A DNA stretch of 25,259 bases, taken from contig CBFFRP010000582.1 in the NCBI GenBank assembly GCA_965644295.1, positions 1 to 25,259 on the forward strand, in the 5' to 3' direction. Position numbers and translations under genes: made by a program. The notes under the pieces were generated by a model. The model was given only the letters and a program-made list of their open reading frames with translations, was not told the DNA's origin and made no database searches. This document shows, in pieces, positions 21,473 to 25,259 of the stretch; within the stretch, counting starts at the first letter, position 1, and each line of letters opens with the position of its first letter. The DNA comes from Paraphysomonas bandaiensis (lineage: Eukaryota; Protista; Chrysophyceae).

Positions 21473-22571
21473 ATGTATGTATGTATGTATGTATGTATGT
21501 ATGTATGTATGTATGTATGTATGTATGTATGTATGTATGTATGTATGTATGTATGTATGTATGTATGTATGTATGTATGTATGTATGTATGTATGTATGT
21601 ATGTATGTATGTATGTATGTATGTATGTATGTATGTATGTATGTATGTATGTATGTATGTATGTATGTATGTATGTATGTATGTATGTATGTATGTATGT
21701 ATGTATGTATGTATGTATGTATGTATGTATGTATGTATGTATGTATGTATGTATGTATGTATGTATGTATGTATGTATGTATGTATGTATGTATGTATGT
21801 ATGTATGTATGTATGTATGTATGTATGTATGTATGTATGTATGTATGTATGTATGTATGTATGTATGTATGTATGTATGTCTGTATGTATGTATGTATGT
21901 ATGTATGTATGTATGTATGTATGTATGTATGTATGTATGTATGTATGTATGTATGTATGTATGTATGTATGTATGTATGTATGTATGTATGTATGTATGT
22001 ATGTATGTATGTATGTATGTATGTATGTATGTATGTATGTATGTATGTATGTATGTATGTATGTATGTATGTATGTATGTATGTATGTATGTATGTATGT
22101 ATGTATGTATGTATGTATGTATGTATGTATGTATGTATGTATGTATGTATGTATGTATGTATGTATGTATGTATGTATGTATGTATGTATGTATGTATGT
22201 ATGTATGTATGTATGTATGTATGTATGTATGTATGTATGTATGTATGTATGTATGTATGTATGTATGTATGTATGTATGTATGTATGTATGTATGTATGT
22301 ATGGTATGTATGTATGTATGTATGTATGTATGTATGTATGTATGTATGTATGTATGTATGTATGTATGTATGTATGTATGTATGTATGTATGTATGTATG
22401 TATGTATGTATGTATGTATGTATGTATGTATGTATGTATGTATGTATGTATGTATGTATGTATGTATGTATGTATGTATGTATGTATGTATGTATGTATT
22501 ATGTATGTATGTATGTATGTATGTATGTATGTATGTATGTATGTATGTATGTATGTATGTATGTATGTATG

Positions 22572-22632
<61 letters not shown>

Positions 22633-22650
22633 TGTATGTATGTATGTATG

Positions 22651-22681
<31 letters not shown>

Positions 22682-22790
22682 GTATGTATGTATGTATGTA
22701 TGTATGTATGTATGTATGTATGTATGTATGTATGTATGTATGTATGTATGTATGTATGTATGTATGTATGTATGTATGTATGTATGTATG
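21473..22790. repeat. (ATGT)n/(TACA)n tetranucleotide microsatellite, ~1.3 kb (~330 units)
   Basis: Near-perfect array with five visible interruptions (about 21881, 22303, 22500, 22601, 22681). Confidence 0.99.
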
Positions 22791-23079
22791 CGCAGAGAAA
22801 AATACGGTACTCGGTCGAATGTTACGGATGTTACAAATCAATAAACGGACGGAATACCCCCGTTGCTTTCACACAGTCTACACTACAGGTAGTCAAAGCA
22901 AGGTTCTCTTTATAGTTACTACAGAACTTCTCAGTAAGAGGAAATTATGCCTCTATTCTACAGCCGTACACTACACACTGCATAATATAACACCATACAC
23001 CTCTATGTGCCCTATGCATATCTTATACAGTCACTTCAAGTACTAAACTGAAAAGAACATCCTCTTATTTCTCTACGCA
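22789..23079 (-). repeat. 3' LTR (291 bp) of the Copia element
   Basis: On the minus strand it begins TGCGTAGAGAAA right after CACAGGGG, 14 bp past the pol stop, and ends TTTCTCTGCGCA. This gives TG...CA termini with an 11/12 matching terminal inverted repeat. Confidence 0.85.
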
Positions 23080-23093
23080 CCCCTGTGATGTGT

Positions 23094-25052
23094 CTACTCG
23101 TTCCCAACGATCAGACATATCAAATGACGAAACAATTTTCCTTGTAGGGGTTTAGTCAGCACATCAGCCAACATCTCTCCTGAAGGTAAGTACTGAAGCT
23201 TCACGTCTCCCCTATCATGGTGTTCTTCGACTAAAGCCTGCCTTACTCGTAGATATTTCGATCGGTATTTGCCTCCTCCTTTCGTTACGAGACTGAGATT
23301 CGACAAGTTGTCCTGATAAATAACAGGTGGGTCAAGCGCATAGCCCTGCCCACACACAAACTCATGTAATCTCATTGCATTAGACATCATATCAGATAGG
23401 CCGACCAGCTCGGATTCGGTCGAGTCTTTCGTCACGATTCGTTGCTTAGTTGATCGGCATAGTACTGTGGCCCCTCCAAGCTGTACAACTACGCCTGTAT
23501 GCCCTTTTCCGTCTTCGTGGGTGGCGAACGAAGCGTCGATGAAGCTTCTTACCCGCAGCTGCTCTCCAATCTTCAGCTGCAGATCTTGATCCCTTGTGTG
23601 CGCAAGGTATTTCAGCACTCGATTCAACTTCTGCTGATCTCCGATTGTCGGACCCTTCACTCTTGTTGTGAGGTACGCTATACTGAGCAGGATGTCTGGT
23701 CTAACTCTTATCGATAGATATAGCAATTTGGCCACCACTGAATGGAAATTGGCAGCCTCCTTCCTCCCCAATTTCTGTCCTGCGCCCTCTGCGAACAGTG
23801 ATGATGTCGCTGGAGATGCTGCTCTGCCAGTGACCGCTGCCTCCTCCAGCACTCCGTCTAGGTAAGCCCTCATTGACACCACTGCCCTGTCATCTATCAT
23901 GCTCACATGCATACCTAAATACGACATGTCTTTGTCATCACAGTATTTTACCTCACCATATTGTTTCTTTAGTTGTTCCACCAACCACTCGGTGTCACGC
24001 TTGTCTTGTGATAGCACTAGCAGATCGTCCACGTGTAGTGTTATAGTGCACTGCTTGCCGTTGACAGTCCTATTGAGAACACACTGATCCACCGGGTTAG
24101 CCACGAAACCAATGCTCTCCAGGTAAGCTCTTATCGTGTTGTACCAGAGCTTGGCGCTCTGCACGCATCCATATAACGCTTTGTCTAGGCGCACCAATAT
24201 TTTGCCTCTTTCATCAACATACGGCTGGATTGTGGGGTCTAGTTTTCTGAGTATTGTGGCCAACATCGGCTCCAATTCCATTATTACCTCTTCGCCTGAC
24301 ATCTCCGCATTGAGGTATGCACCACCTATATCAATTGTCGATACATGTCTCCCCTCTCTCGCTGCTATTGCTAGGCATGCAAATACTGACTGTATGTCCA
24401 CAGTGGGTGACGACGTGTCTGGGTACAGTTTCCGGTCCTGCTGCGCCCCGTTCGCAACCAGCCTCGCCTTGATTTTCTCGAACCTTCCGAGTCCGTCGTA
24501 TTTCGTCTTCAAGAACATCAGCGATCGAATTGTTCGTTTGAGTTGAGTCTTTGACAGGTCACTCCGGTGTACTGGAACTATCGCCTTTTTTTCATGCAGC
24601 AGCTGCTTCAGCTCCCGTACTATCGCCAGGTAGGCTTCTTTGCCGTGTTCCTTTAAACCTTTGGTTACGCTTGTGTGATAGGCTCGATACATTACGGGCT
24701 TTCTTCTTGTGCCTGCCGCTATCCTTGCTCCGGCTGATGGTGATGATAGTACTTCGCTTGTATTGTGTGTCATCCCTGTAGTTTCCACCCCTGTAATTTC
24801 CGGATCGTCGATGTCGTTGGGTGTTGCAGCGCCCGGTTCCTGTTCGCTCGGCCCATCAGCCCTGTCGCCATCATCGTCGACTAGTTCCGTGATTTTTGTT
24901 CTCTCTCTCTCTTCTGTGTGGCCGTGCCCTTCGTCTGTGTCAATGGCTGTCATCTGCCCCTCCTCGTGAGGCTCCTTCGGCTTATCGATCTTGTCATTCT
25001 CAGCTGGTGGCGTGGTATCCTCGATCTCTCGACTCTCATTCTCGCTGGTCGT
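23094..25052 (-). CDS. pol: Ty1/Copia pol fragment: acidic linker, reverse transcriptase and RNase H; integrase and upstream domains absent from the window
   Basis: KIKARLVANGAQQ, SSPT, DIGGAYLNA, LDKALYGCVQSAKLWY, DQCV, LHVDDLL, YLGM. RNase H: FIDASFA, STESELV, YQDN, ADVLTKPL. The first ~15 codons of the ORF-track call come from unrelated flanking sequence. Confidence 0.95.
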   Translation of the reverse strand, partial: TTSENESREIEDTTPPAENDKIDKPKEPHEEGQMTAIDTDEGHGHTEERERTKITELVDDDGDRADGPSEQEPGAATPNDIDDPEITGVETTGMTHNTSEVLSSPSAGARIAAGTRRKPVMYRAYHTSVTKGLKEHGKEAYLAIVRELKQLLHEKKAIVPVHRSDLSKTQLKRTIRSLMFLKTKYDGLGRFEKIKARLVANGAQQDRKLYPDTSSPTVDIQSVFACLAIAAREGRHVSTIDIGGAYLNAEMSGEEVIMELEPMLATILRKLDPTIQPYVDERGKILVRLDKALYGCVQSAKLWYNTIRAYLESIGFVANPVDQCVLNRTVNGKQCTITLHVDDLLVLSQDKRDTEWLVEQLKKQYGEVKYCDDKDMSYLGMHVSMIDDRAVVSMRAYLDGVLEEAAVTGRAASPATSSLFAEGAGQKLGRKEAANFHSVVAKLLYLSIRVRPDILLSIAYLTTRVKGPTIGDQQKLNRVLKYLAHTRDQDLQLKIGEQLRVRSFIDASFATHEDGKGHTGVVVQLGGATVLCRSTKQRIVTKDSTESELVGLSDMMSNAMRLHEFVCGQGYALDPPVIYQDNLSNLSLVTKGGGKYRSKYLRVRQALVEEHHDRGDVKLQYLPSGEMLADVLTKPLQGKLFRHLICLIVGNE

Positions 25053-25259
25053 ATAACAACACCCGGTTTGATAACCAGGGTGTTGGCTCGTAAACAATAA
25101 AACTACAACAACACCTACACTGAACCAACAAGCACAGTAATAACGGTATTATTATTAAAACACTTTTTTCCAAGTTTAGACCTAAACTCAGTTAGTGACT
25201 CCCGCGAAGAGTCACCGCGCAATGGTATACCGCTGGCACCCAAGATCACTAGCACCAAG
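25052..25259. mobile_element. Terminus of a probable nested insertion interrupting Copia pol
   Basis: The coding-like acidic linker changes abruptly to AT-richer non-coding sequence beginning TATAACAACACCCGG, with stops in the pol frame and several hairpins. Confidence 0.5.

Larger units (their letters stand above)
22789..25052 (-). mobile_element. Ty1/Copia LTR retrotransposon, 3' half
   Basis: RT-RNase H at the C-terminus of pol, followed by a short purine tract and an LTR. Confidence 0.93.

Noticed and set aside
21473-22790. Array as a telomere or telomere-like end
   Set aside because: It is internal, flanked by unique sequence on both sides, and lacks a G-run telomeric motif.
21381-23046. 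Long ORFs of MYVC / HTYI repeats
   Set aside because: Artefacts of translating the stop-free (ATGT)n microsatellite.
24020-24040. HVDD instead of YVDD in the RT as a sign of inactivation or novelty
   Set aside because: Both catalytic aspartates are retained, and to my knowledge HVDD variants occur in other Copia lineages.
23499-25100. Several plus-strand ORFs over Copia pol
   Set aside because: Antisense shadows of the pol frame with no independent coding signal.

Overview
Intron-containing eukaryotic genomic DNA with short GT-AG introns. A stramenopile/ochrophyte-like host is a weak inference from the Copia style. The AT-rich core carries four host genes: a ZIFL-type MFS transporter, a large multi-exon coiled-coil/C2 protein, a DGAT2-family acyltransferase and alpha-SNAP. 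It also holds a probably degenerate PH-domain gene missed by the ORF track and a Mutator-like MITE. Both ends are mobile DNA. At the left, an intronless, GC-richer, strand-biased ORF encodes an OTU-like cysteine protease/deubiquitinase domain followed by a SET domain. It runs into a TG...CA-bounded unit that is almost one perfect hairpin (111-bp arms) and sits 41 bp upstream of a Gag-like ORF leaving the window. At the right, a 1.3-kb (TATG)n array is fused to the 3' LTR of a Ty1/Copia element whose pol is interrupted by a further hairpin-rich sequence. The best candidates for new biology are the OTU+SET mobile-element-like ORF and the palindromic LTR-like unit. All family calls come from manual motif recognition, not database searches.
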